Positions 19,194-27,135 of a stretch of DNA of 64,000 bases are shown here, one piece after another. Both the position numbers and the translations under genes were made by a program. The number at the start of each line of letters is the position of its first letter. Position 1 is the first letter of the stretch. The notes under the pieces are model-generated. The model saw nothing but the letters and a program-made list of their open reading frames with translations. It was not told the origin of the DNA and did not search any database. Source of the stretch: Thermoproteota archaeon. Its GTDB lineage: Archaea; Thermoproteota; Thermoprotei_A; EX4484-217-1. Location: assembly GCA_029258915.1 (NCBI GenBank), contig JAPDJU010000003.1, forward strand, positions 12,801 to 76,800, in the 5' to 3' direction.

Positions 19194-19215
19194 ACCCCTA
19201 CACTTCCTTACAACA
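19075..19215 (+). ncRNA. Candidate TnpB omega (right-end) RNA scaffold
   Basis: The last ~120 nt of tnpB are locally GC-rich and contain the hairpin GGGUG-N8-CACCC (19084-19101). A tandem repeat TGTCATAAAA x2 (19169-19188) sits at the stop codon. In characterised TnpB systems the omega RNA overlaps the tnpB 3' end. Confidence 0.3.
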
Positions 19216-19421
19216 CCAATATCCTTGAGGAGAGATATGTAGTTCTTTACACTTTCAATTTTTAAGTCGATATTGTAGCCTAAGTTTAGAAATGCTTTAG
19301 CAAAGTCATTTAATAAAACTGCTTGTGCTACACCTAAAACCTTTGTTATGGACTCGAATATAGAGTAAGCATATACATGAAGAAGCAAACCTATTTTAGC
19401 TATATCAGGTCCCTTCATCAA
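19101..19421 (-). CDS. Hypothetical protein whose 3' third runs into the tnpB 3' end (possibly truncated or extended by the IS)
   Basis: 106-aa ORF. The first ~74 aa (19200-19421) look like a small helical protein. The rest is antisense to tnpB. Confidence 0.3.
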   Translation of the reverse strand: MMKGPDIAKIGLLLHVYAYSIFESITKVLGVAQAVLLNDFAKAFLNLGYNIDLKIESVKNYISLLKDIGVVRKCRGSGFMTFYDKRHPFIFVLLHPFLGLHLVRSV

Positions 19422-19458
19422 CAGTTCTCATCATGCGGGAAGCCTATTTAAATAATAT

Positions 19459-19716
19459 TTAAATTTTTTGACCAAGCTTCTCCATGTACTCCTTTACAAC
19501 TTTGTTTAAATAGTATTCTAAATCAAAACCTCTGACTTTAGAATAAACTATTGACCATAGAACAATATCGGCAATACATTTTTCAAGAAGACCTCTCGAT
19601 AAGCATACAGGTAGTTCACTAGCACTTCTCAGCAGCATTGTGTAAATCATTCTTTCTGAAAGACCTACACTACCTATTCTTGCTAACAGTTTTTCTACAT
19701 CGACTTCTATTTTCAC
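19459..19716 (-). CDS. Hypothetical small helical protein
   Basis: 85-aa ORF, 15 nt downstream of the preceding gene on the same strand. I recognise no motif. Confidence 0.4.
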   Translation of the reverse strand: MKIEVDVEKLLARIGSVGLSERMIYTMLLRSASELPVCLSRGLLEKCIADIVLWSIVYSKVRGFDLEYYLNKVVKEYMEKLGQKI

Positions 19717-19731
19717 ATTTAATCTCCTAGT

Positions 19732-20604
19732 TTAAGCTATGTATTTGAGTATTAAACTTATTGCGGTAGCTGCTGTTAATATTGGTAGTAAACCGTTGAA
19801 GCTTATTTTCTCTCTTCTAAGTTTTCTATCTATTTCGAAAAGTTTTTTAGCAGAAGCTTTGCTGACCATAACTCCTTCTTTCAACACTATTTCTAAATCT
19901 CTTCTAGCCCATACAGGAAGGGGTGCTGCTTCAAAAATCAATGAAACATATGCTGAAACTAATGAATTGTTTAAGTCTTTTACTGTTTCATAATATTTTC
20001 TAATAGTTTTAACAGTGTTTGCCACTAATGTGAAGTCGATTAGTGATTTAAATGATATGCTTTTAAATGAAAGAGCATAGAATATTTCATAAAGGGAGAT
20101 GTCTTCAAGTTCTATTTTGGTTCTCGTATAGTCCGCTTGGTTAAGTAATGCAATATATGGTGTTGGCCCTATTGTTCTTGTAACATGTACTAGAGCTGAA
20201 GAATCCTTACCAGTAGATGACGTTAGGAACATTTTCAAGCTTCTTTCAATACGGCTTTCATCTACATTTCTCTTATACATCGTTAGAGCATGCGATGACG
20301 CTAATGCTATCATTGTTAAAGCTAATGTTGAATCGTAAAATACAGTGTTTTTTGCAAGTCTGCCTCCAATGTTTTTTAGAACATCTGAAAGCAGTGTTCC
20401 TATGTTAGCTGTAGGTGCTCCTATTTTACCTAAAGCTACTTTTTCTCCTAATTCAACTGCTTTATTTAGAGTATTGAACAATCTAGGTCCAAGAGTAATA
20501 TAGTCTATTAATTCTTTTTCCTCAGAAAATCTATGCATACATCCGGGCTTAATGTATGCGATCCCGCTTAGGATAAAGGCTTCAATTATTTCGCTTACAA
20601 CCAT
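19732..20604 (-). CDS. Hypothetical protein, weakly CitG/triphosphoribosyl-dephospho-CoA synthase-like
   Basis: 290 aa. The N-terminal IKPGCMHRFS resembles the KPG(N/L)V motif of CitG-family proteins. The rest of the similarity is weak, so the call is tentative. Confidence 0.3.
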   Translation of the reverse strand: MVVSEIIEAFILSGIAYIKPGCMHRFSEEKELIDYITLGPRLFNTLNKAVELGEKVALGKIGAPTANIGTLLSDVLKNIGGRLAKNTVFYDSTLALTMIALASSHALTMYKRNVDESRIERSLKMFLTSSTGKDSSALVHVTRTIGPTPYIALLNQADYTRTKIELEDISLYEIFYALSFKSISFKSLIDFTLVANTVKTIRKYYETVKDLNNSLVSAYVSLIFEAAPLPVWARRDLEIVLKEGVMVSKASAKKLFEIDRKLRREKISFNGLLPILTAATAISLILKYIA

Positions 20605-20680
20605 GCTTCCCCACTTCCCAAAATAAATATTAATCCCGCACCAAAATAATGTTTTGAAATACTGTATTAGAGGATAATCT

Positions 20681-21472
20681 ATGGGAGATGAGTTTTTTGA
20701 AGAAGAAAGGGAAAAGGTGATATTCTATACTCCTCTCCATAGCCTGATATTTTTGGTTATGATTATTCTTGGATTATTCATGTTTATGATAATGTTTTTC
20801 TGGTGGAGCTCGGTTTTCATTTTCCTATTTAGAACTTTGGGGTTTCGTTTTTCAGAAAGTGTACTGTTCGCTTTTACGGTCATAGTTTTTTCAGCTATTT
20901 TAAGTATGGTTAATATTCCTGTTTACAGAATAGTTAAAGAAATAGAAACACCTTCGATAAGGTATGTTGTGTTTTTCGGAATACCATACACTATACCTGC
21001 GTTTATAAGGAGACGCAGGGTTATGACAATAGCTGTTAATGTTGGTGGAGCCGTTATACCTGTTTTGCTTTCACTTCTTCTAATAATTAAAATTTTAACG
21101 TTCCCTAACTTCCAACAGGTTTTATTTGCACTATTAGTTGCTATGACTGCTGTAACTACAATATCTTACGTTCTAGCTAAACCCGTTAAAGGAGTAGGTA
21201 TTGTTATGCCTGCTTTCATACCTCCTTTAACGTCCGCTTTCGCTTCAGCATCTATAATTTCATTTCTAGCCCTTCCCCCAGTATCCGCTATACCCATAGC
21301 TTATATTGCTGGAACATTAGGCGTTCTTATAGGAGCAGATCTTTTGCATCTAATTAAGGATTGGGAGAAGCTTTACGCACCTGTTGTAAGTATTGGTGGT
21401 GCAGGAACTTTTGACGGAATATACTTAAGCGGAATACTTTCCGTCATACTATTACCATTGTTTATAGCTTAG
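20681..21472 (+). CDS. Polytopic membrane protein, DUF1614-like
   Basis: 263 aa. VNVGGAVIPVLLS and GGAGTFDGIYLSG resemble the conserved blocks I recall for DUF1614. Confidence 0.45.
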   Translation: MGDEFFEEEREKVIFYTPLHSLIFLVMIILGLFMFMIMFFWWSSVFIFLFRTLGFRFSESVLFAFTVIVFSAILSMVNIPVYRIVKEIETPSIRYVVFFGIPYTIPAFIRRRRVMTIAVNVGGAVIPVLLSLLLIIKILTFPNFQQVLFALLVAMTAVTTISYVLAKPVKGVGIVMPAFIPPLTSAFASASIISFLALPPVSAIPIAYIAGTLGVLIGADLLHLIKDWEKLYAPVVSIGGAGTFDGIYLSGILSVILLPLFIA

Positions 21473-21483
21473 TGTATTTCCTT

Positions 21484-21738
21484 TTACTTTAATTCTTCAA
21501 GACATTTTAAAATGCTTTCAAAATATTTCATAACGCTATTATATGTTGGCTTTCTTCTAACCTTAGCTAAATATGGTTTTGTTTGTTTACATTTATTTAG
21601 AGTTAGCTTAGCTATTTTCTCTATTCTTTTCCTACCTTCAGAATTGAGAATATCGTTTGAGAAGAATTTCTCATAACCATTAGCACTTACTATTTCGTTT
21701 ATTATTTTAAGTACTTCACTTACAAACTTGCTGGGCAT
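21484..21738 (-). CDS. Hypothetical protein
   Basis: 84-aa Lys-rich helical ORF, 14 nt downstream of the phosphoesterase gene. Confidence 0.35.
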   Translation of the reverse strand: MPSKFVSEVLKIINEIVSANGYEKFFSNDILNSEGRKRIEKIAKLTLNKCKQTKPYLAKVRRKPTYNSVMKYFESILKCLEELK

Positions 21739-21752
21739 GGAACATATCCTCT

Positions 21753-22466
21753 TTAACTAAAGAATTCTAAAAGACCCCATTTTATAGGGATAGTTGTTAT
21801 CTTTTTTGTTGCTGGAAGTGAAACATTATATATTCTTGTTGAACCTAGCATTGTAAATGTTTTCTTAGAGTTATGGGAATGTCCATGTATAACTATGTTC
21901 GGTTTTGTTTCTTTCAAAACTTTTTCCATTTTTGAAGAAGCCATTTCCGGCCAAGCGTATCTAGGCTCTCCTACTAGGGTAGAATATGTTGGTGGGTAAT
22001 GTATGAGAAGTATTGTTGTGTATTTTTTATTTTTGCCTTCAACTATGAGTTCTCTTAGTTTTTCCATTCTTTCCTTATAGATGTTGTCTATATTAGGAAT
22101 GTTTTTTCTCTGCCACCGTGTAGGCCTATCTAAAACTCCTTTACTACCTACAACCCATATTTTCTCTCCACTCAACTCAACTACCGTATGTTCATCGCTA
22201 ATCCACGTTACCTCAGTATACTTCTTCATAAGCAACGGTATAGCAACATCAAATTCTTCGTTACCGAAACATGCGTAAATAGGTTTATCGGTGAATTTTC
22301 TAGTTACCTTCAGTACGTTAGAAAACTCATACCATCTACCTTTAAATATCATATCGCCTGCAAAGAACAGTGCTTCTACTTTTGAAAAATCAAATTCTTT
22401 AAGGGCTTCCTCATACATTTTCAAGTATTTTGGCGAGTGAACATCTGCAACAGCAGCTATACTCGT
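21753..22466 (-). CDS. Calcineurin-like metallophosphoesterase (N-terminus extended to an ACG codon; see findings)
   Basis: Motifs GDMIFKG, GNEEF, HYPP and GHSHN are present. Motif I (AAVADVHSP) lies in-frame upstream of the first canonical start (TTG 22424). Confidence 0.7.
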   Translation of the reverse strand, partial: TSIAAVADVHSPKYLKMYEEALKEFDFSKVEALFFAGDMIFKGRWYEFSNVLKVTRKFTDKPIYACFGNEEFDVAIPLLMKKYTEVTWISDEHTVVELSGEKIWVVGSKGVLDRPTRWQRKNIPNIDNIYKERMEKLRELIVEGKNKKYTTILLIHYPPTYSTLVGEPRYAWPEMASSKMEKVLKETKPNIVIHGHSHNSKKTFTMLGSTRIYNVSLPATKKITTIPIKWGLLEFFS

Positions 22467-22542
22467 AAACTAAACACCCCCCGTAAAGTTAATAATTCAG
22501 AAAACTATATAGTTCACGCTGAACTCCATAAAGCGACTATAG

Positions 22543-22773
22543 GTGAAGAAAGTGTCTTTAGGGTCTATAGCTGGAGCTTCCGCTATGGGTCATAGAGGAT
22601 GGATTACAGCTAGATGCTACATTTGCTCTAAAAAACTTAACGTAGTAAAAGATACTGTATATTATTGTCCCAAATGTTTCAGTAAGGGACATAGAATACT
22701 TTACTGTGATGCTGACGCTAAAAGACTGCATTACAGATGTCCGTTTGATGGTTCAGAACTAAAACTTTACTAG
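22543..22773 (+). CDS. Small zinc-ribbon protein
   Basis: 76 aa with a GTG start and cysteine pairs CYIC, CPKC and ...C...CPFDG. Confidence 0.5.
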   Translation: MKKVSLGSIAGASAMGHRGWITARCYICSKKLNVVKDTVYYCPKCFSKGHRILYCDADAKRLHYRCPFDGSELKLY

Positions 22774-22789
22774 TGCGAGGATTTCTCTA

Positions 22790-23188
22790 TTGCACCTAGT
22801 AGATGTTAATAATGTAAGAGAATTATGGATAGATAAATTCAGTAGAGCAATAATTTTACCCCTCACTTCAGGCATAATTCTGGTTTCAATGGACGTATAT
22901 GTTAGAAAATGGTTTTTCCCTATAACAGATGAAATCGAAATCAACGGTGAGAAACTAGTATATTATAAACCAAAAACACCTGACGAAGTAGGCTTAGGAA
23001 AATTTAGTGGCATCATAGCAGATATTGAACTTATAGGACATATGGGAGGAGATCTTAGCGAAACTATTTCTGCAAGAATATGGTTAAAAGATGTGAAAGA
23101 AGTAGATGATGTTGTAAAAGAAATACATAAAGAACTAACTACATTTCTCAAGAAGAAGTTTGAGGAAAGTTCAGGTGGAGAAGGCTAA
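22790..23188 (+). CDS. Hypothetical protein
   Basis: 132-aa ORF with coding-like composition and no recognised motif. Confidence 0.4.
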   Translation: MHLVDVNNVRELWIDKFSRAIILPLTSGIILVSMDVYVRKWFFPITDEIEINGEKLVYYKPKTPDEVGLGKFSGIIADIELIGHMGGDLSETISARIWLKDVKEVDDVVKEIHKELTTFLKKKFEESSGGEG

Positions 23189-23876
23189 GATAAGTATAAT
23201 CCTGCCTACAATAAATGAGAGAAGAAACCTTGAAAAACTCATACCTATGCTTCTAAATCTAAACTTAAATTTAGAAATCGTGGTTGTTGACGATGGAAGT
23301 ACTGATGGAACAATAGAACTTGTAAGGGATTTCATGAAGAAAAACCATAACATAAAACTTGTTTTAAGACCTAGAAAAATGGGTTTAGGATCAGCGTACA
23401 TAGATGGTTTTAAAGTTTCAAATGGAGATTTCATTATAACAATGGATGCTGATTTAAGCCATGATCCAAAGTATATTCCTGAGCTTTTAAAAAAAGCTAA
23501 TATTAGCAAAGCAGACATAGTCTTAGGAAGCAGATATGTTAGAGAAGGAAAGATTATTGGATGGAAAATCCATAGGAAAATTATAAGCAAAACAGCTAAT
23601 ATGGTTGCTAAATTCGTTTTAGGGTTAAAAGTTAACGATGTTACAACAGGTTATAGGCTTTACTGTAGAGAAGCATTCGAAAAAATAGTTTCACAGATTA
23701 AAGCAAAGGGCTACGAGTTTCAGGTTGAATCACTATATTTAGCTAAAATTTTAGGGTTGAAGATAGTAGAGTATCCTATAGTTTTCATAGATAGGGTTGC
23801 TGGTAAGTCAAAGTTAAAAATTGCTGATATTTTCAGTTTCCTAAAAACTGTTTTAAAGTTAAGGATTTCACGTTAG
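23160..23876 (+). CDS. GT2 polyprenol/dolichol-phosphate mannosyltransferase-like glycosyltransferase
   Basis: ISIILPTINERRNLEKL, VVDDGSTDGT and TMDADLSHDP are typical of Dpm1-like GT2 enzymes. The exact start is uncertain (TTG 23160 or GTG 23175). Confidence 0.8.
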   Translation: MRKVQVEKAKISIILPTINERRNLEKLIPMLLNLNLNLEIVVVDDGSTDGTIELVRDFMKKNHNIKLVLRPRKMGLGSAYIDGFKVSNGDFIITMDADLSHDPKYIPELLKKANISKADIVLGSRYVREGKIIGWKIHRKIISKTANMVAKFVLGLKVNDVTTGYRLYCREAFEKIVSQIKAKGYEFQVESLYLAKILGLKIVEYPIVFIDRVAGKSKLKIADIFSFLKTVLKLRISR

Positions 23877-23884
23877 CTGTTCAG

Positions 23885-24115
23885 CGGAGTAACTCTTCTT
23901 CATTCTAGTCGAGACAGCCGTTCTGGTTCCCCGCTACTTTTGTTTCTCTTGTAGCGGAGTCTTCATTACGGCTGGGTGTCCTCCAAGCCCAACTACGGGA
24001 GCACCTTATCGCTGACTTCACTATTCGACTGCAATGTTCGGCACTCCCCTCATTGAACTTGGATTCACGGAGGCTCATACCCCTCGCCCTCCTCATCGGG
24101 GTCGATATCCACCAA
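23885..24115 (-). ncRNA. Structured ncRNA; best guess is SRP (7S) RNA-like, RNase P RNA not excluded
   Basis: A sharp GC-rich island lies in an AT-rich intergenic region, G-rich on the minus strand, with several stems of 5-9 bp. The 5' part reads GAGG-GGUAUGAG-CCUC CG UGAA-UCCAAG-UUCA ...GGGGAGUGCCGAAC, which parallels SRP Alu-domain helices 3 and 4. A TTTAAGTA box lies ~25 nt upstream. Confidence 0.55.
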
Positions 24116-24256
24116 ACCCACGTATCCAGAAGTACTTAAATGTTATGGATACAACACTATATGTTACTGCCCTTTTCTCATCATCCAATAATTTCATATA
24201 GTAACTACTCTTCTATAAGGAGTTTTCTTAAAGAATAAGTTTAACTATTTTTAATA

Positions 24257-25423
24257 ATGTGGTGGGGTGTTTTGAAGGCTGTAAAGGCAGGAATAATATA
24301 TGTTGGAAAACCTGGTAAAATCGTTAAAAATGCGTACGTTATATGGGAAAACAGTGTTCTTAAGGGAATATCTAAGAAAACACCTAAAGATGCGGAAATA
24401 ATAGGGGAAAGTAAGAAATATGTCATTACTCCTGCTTTTATAGATGCGCATTGCCACATAGGTATGCATAGAGCAGGTGAACCGTCAGAAGAGGGTGAAG
24501 CAAACGAGAAACTTGACAGTATTTTACCGCATGTTGATGCTCTATATAGTATTTACATGGACGATGAAAGCTTTAAAGAATCCATAGAATGGGGTGTATT
24601 GTACTCATGTGTTTTACCTGGAAGCGGAAACATTATTGGTGGTAAAGGTGTTGTAATAAGAAATTATGCTAGAAATATAGAAGAAGCCTATATTAAACAT
24701 GCAGGTGTTAAAGCAGCTTTAGGCTTTAATCCTAGAAGAACAACAGACTGGAAAGGTTCAAGACCATACACTAGAATGGGCAGCATAGGGATTTTCAGGA
24801 AATGGCTTATAAAAGCTAAAGATGCAATGAAGCTTATCAAAGAGGGTAAGAAGGTTGAAGAAGAATTTGACCCTGAACTAAGAATGCTGTTTCCAATAGT
24901 TAAAGGCGAAGAAGACCTAAGGGTTCATGTACATAAGGAAGACGACATTATGGGACTGCTTATGTTACGTAAAGAATTTGGCTTAAAAATAGTAATAGAT
25001 CATGCATGTGATGTGCACAGTAAAGAAATTTTTGAAAGAATTAAGAAAGAAAACATACCTTTGGTTTACGGTCCAATAGATGCCTTCCCATATAAAACAG
25101 AGCTTAGACATGAAAGATGGAAAAATGTAAAATACCTTGTAGAAGTAAGACCGTTCTTCGGGCTTATGAGCGACCACCCAGTAGTTCTTCAGAGAAATCT
25201 GTACTTGCAGTTAAGGTTCTTCCTAAAATATGGTATGGGTAAGGAAGAAGCATTATCCATAATAACACTGAACAACGCTAAAATACTCAATATAGACAAT
25301 AATCTTGGAAGCTTAGAGAAAGGTAAGTGGGCAAGCTTCATAGTATGGAACAATGATCCATTTGCACTTGGGTCATCTCCTAAACTAGTAGTAGCTGAAG
25401 GAAAAACAGTTTATAAGGAATAG
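24257..25423 (+). CDS. Amidohydrolase-family metal-dependent hydrolase
   Basis: 388 aa. PAFIDAHCHIG (HxH metal motif), later His/Asp positions and a C-terminal beta-sandwich segment are typical of the amidohydrolase superfamily. Confidence 0.75.
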   Translation: MWWGVLKAVKAGIIYVGKPGKIVKNAYVIWENSVLKGISKKTPKDAEIIGESKKYVITPAFIDAHCHIGMHRAGEPSEEGEANEKLDSILPHVDALYSIYMDDESFKESIEWGVLYSCVLPGSGNIIGGKGVVIRNYARNIEEAYIKHAGVKAALGFNPRRTTDWKGSRPYTRMGSIGIFRKWLIKAKDAMKLIKEGKKVEEEFDPELRMLFPIVKGEEDLRVHVHKEDDIMGLLMLRKEFGLKIVIDHACDVHSKEIFERIKKENIPLVYGPIDAFPYKTELRHERWKNVKYLVEVRPFFGLMSDHPVVLQRNLYLQLRFFLKYGMGKEEALSIITLNNAKILNIDNNLGSLEKGKWASFIVWNNDPFALGSSPKLVVAEGKTVYKE

Positions 25424-25520
25424 TTTTTATTTCCAAATCAAATACCGCAAAGATAATATAGTTTTTATTTTTCTAAACAAATAATTTTGGTTGGCAGTTG
25501 TGCAGGGTGGTTTTCTAATA

Positions 25521-26051
25521 ATGGAGGAACATATTAAGATAGATGAAATTAAGAAGTTTCTTGAAGAGAAAATTCAGGAGCTAAAAAAAGAGAAGGAAAT
25601 ATTAGAGTTAATACTTGGCCTTTTAGAATCAGGTGTCGTAAGCCCTAGAGGAACAATTAAGATAGAACCTAAGCCTGGAGAGAAAATAGTTCCGCTAAGG
25701 AGTTCTGATGGAACTTTACTTGCAGAAATGTATATTGGCAAGGATGAAATGAGAATAATACCTTTCGTTGAACTTTCAGTCGATATCCCCCCGTTTAGAC
25801 AGTTCTTCATAGCTAGGGTTCTTGAAGGTATAAAGAAAAAGGATATTGACAGAATAGAGAGAGGAGAACTAGATACATCTAAAGCCTTCGACTATGAAAT
25901 CATAGTAGATAGGGGGATTATTAAAGAAATTAGACTTAAAAACATATTCGATGAGAGAAGAAGAATGGATATTAAAAGCTCAGCTAAGTGGACTTTAGAA
26001 AAAATGCTTGAAAAAACGAGAAGAAAAAAACCTAGTCCAAGAAGCCGATAA
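25521..26051 (+). CDS. Hypothetical coiled-coil protein
   Basis: ATG at 25521 (the track start TTG 25491 is in-frame). It has an N-terminal heptad-like segment and a basic C-terminal tail. Confidence 0.4.
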   Translation: MEEHIKIDEIKKFLEEKIQELKKEKEILELILGLLESGVVSPRGTIKIEPKPGEKIVPLRSSDGTLLAEMYIGKDEMRIIPFVELSVDIPPFRQFFIARVLEGIKKKDIDRIERGELDTSKAFDYEIIVDRGIIKEIRLKNIFDERRRMDIKSSAKWTLEKMLEKTRRKKPSPRSR

Positions 26052-26985
26052 CAGCTTCAATGCTTTCAGCGTAAGCTTCTCCTAAGATGTTTGTGAATCG
26101 AGCGCGTTTGAAATTGGTTTCATTAATGCCCCAGTATCCAAACCATCTAAGTATTTCATCTTTAGCAGGTTTAAACATAACTTCAGTTACTCTACCAGTA
26201 AAGTATTTCCCTGCCGGATCTATGATAGCTATTGTTCCGTTTATATGTCTGACAACAGCAGCTGCATGGCCTTCCTCTCCCCATAGCACTTGAAGGACGT
26301 ATACTTCATAGTCTTTTCTGTCTTCGAAATAGTTTTGAAGAATGCTTGCTGCAAGATATGCCATGTCTTCGCAGTCTCCTTCTTTACGTTTTAAAGTCTC
26401 TATAGGAGTTTGGTATACATTAGTAACCCATTCAACCTCTATGGTTATATTATATGAAGCATCTGTTATTGAAACGTTAAACATTTTTATGAAAGGATAT
26501 ACGCTGTCTTTAGAATATTTAATGTTTCTAACGATAAACCAGAAGATGCTGTATAGGTCGCTTCCTAAAGTCTCTTCATTAAATTTATGCCCTACAACGC
26601 TCATGACTGTTGCTTCAACATCATCAGGTCTTATGAGGTTTTTTCCACCATAAACTCTTTCATTTATTTTACTAGCTAATTCTTCAAGTTTCTGCTGAAA
26701 AGCAACAGTTGATATTGTTTTGAACTGAAGAAATGTGGTTTCGTATTCCTTAAGTTTTTCTAGGAGGCTTTCATATTCGTTACGTAGGTTAGTAGCATTC
26801 GTAAGGCAGACCTCGTATTTTATTTTTAGACTTTCCAGTTCTCTACTTTTCTCCATTAGCATTTCAACTTGTTTCTTAAGTTTTAAATTCTCAAGGTATG
26901 TCATATAGAAGAGTGTTGAAAGAACAGCTATGACTAAAAGTAGCGATAATGCTATAATTATAGATATTTTCTCCGTGAAAACCAC
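26032..26985 (-). CDS. Membrane-anchored transglutaminase-like (papain-fold Cys-His-Asp) protein
   Basis: 317 aa with an N-terminal TM, a coiled coil, then KEGDCEDMAYLAASIL (Cys), EGHAAAVV (His) and IIDPAG (Asp). Confidence 0.55.
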   Translation of the reverse strand: MVFTEKISIIIALSLLLVIAVLSTLFYMTYLENLKLKKQVEMLMEKSRELESLKIKYEVCLTNATNLRNEYESLLEKLKEYETTFLQFKTISTVAFQQKLEELASKINERVYGGKNLIRPDDVEATVMSVVGHKFNEETLGSDLYSIFWFIVRNIKYSKDSVYPFIKMFNVSITDASYNITIEVEWVTNVYQTPIETLKRKEGDCEDMAYLAASILQNYFEDRKDYEVYVLQVLWGEEGHAAAVVRHINGTIAIIDPAGKYFTGRVTEVMFKPAKDEILRWFGYWGINETNFKRARFTNILGEAYAESIEAVIGFLD

Positions 26986-27000
26986 CCCATAATGTTTTAG

Positions 27001-27066
27001 GAAACCCTCAGCGTAACTCGTGATTAATCATTAACTCATACTTGCCGGGTAATCATCACAGGGCTC
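27001..27066 (-). ncRNA. C/D box sRNA (2'-O-methylation guide)
   Basis: The minus strand reads GAGCCC-U-GUGAUGA(C)-UUACCCGGCAAG-UAUGA(D')-GUU-AAUGAUUA(C')-AUCACGAGUUACG-CUGA(D)-GGGUUUC. Spacers are 12-13 nt and a 6-bp terminal stem pairs GAGCCC with GGGUUU. Confidence 0.65.
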
Positions 27067-27135
27067 TACTTTACTTATGTACACCCTAAGCGTTTAAGTT
27101 TATTCCTCTCCTAACATATACTTAGGGGAGCGATT

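Larger units (their letters stand above)
17950..19230 (+). mobile_element. IS200/IS605-family (IS1341-like) element carrying tnpB only; ends not defined
   Basis: There is a solo tnpB with no tnpA (Y1 transposase) ORF nearby. The flanks are decayed or overlapping ORFs. The boundaries given are guesses. Confidence 0.4.

Noticed and set aside
19419-19432. AUGAUGA on the minus strand just upstream of the 106-aa ORF start
   Set aside because: The downstream CUGA spacing (19 nt, or 6 nt from an internal UGAUGA) does not fit a C/D sRNA. It is probably just the start-codon context.
23905-24096. 63-aa minus-strand ORF (MRRARGMSLRESKFNEGSAEHCSR...)
   Set aside because: It lies entirely inside the GC-rich structured-RNA island. 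It is Arg/Ser/Cys-rich with no protein-like features, so it is best explained as a chance ORF in an RNA gene.
23885-24115. Assignment of the GC-rich RNA as RNase P RNA
   Set aside because: Loose look-alikes of CR-II/III (AUAGUGAAG...GAUAAGGUGC), CR-IV (GUAAUGAAG) and CR-V (ACCAGAACGGCUGU) occur in the right order. However, the universal GGAAAGUCC is absent, P4 would be only ~4 bp, no P1/P2 pairing with the 5' end can be drawn, and there is no room for P8-P10. It remains an alternative to test, not my call.
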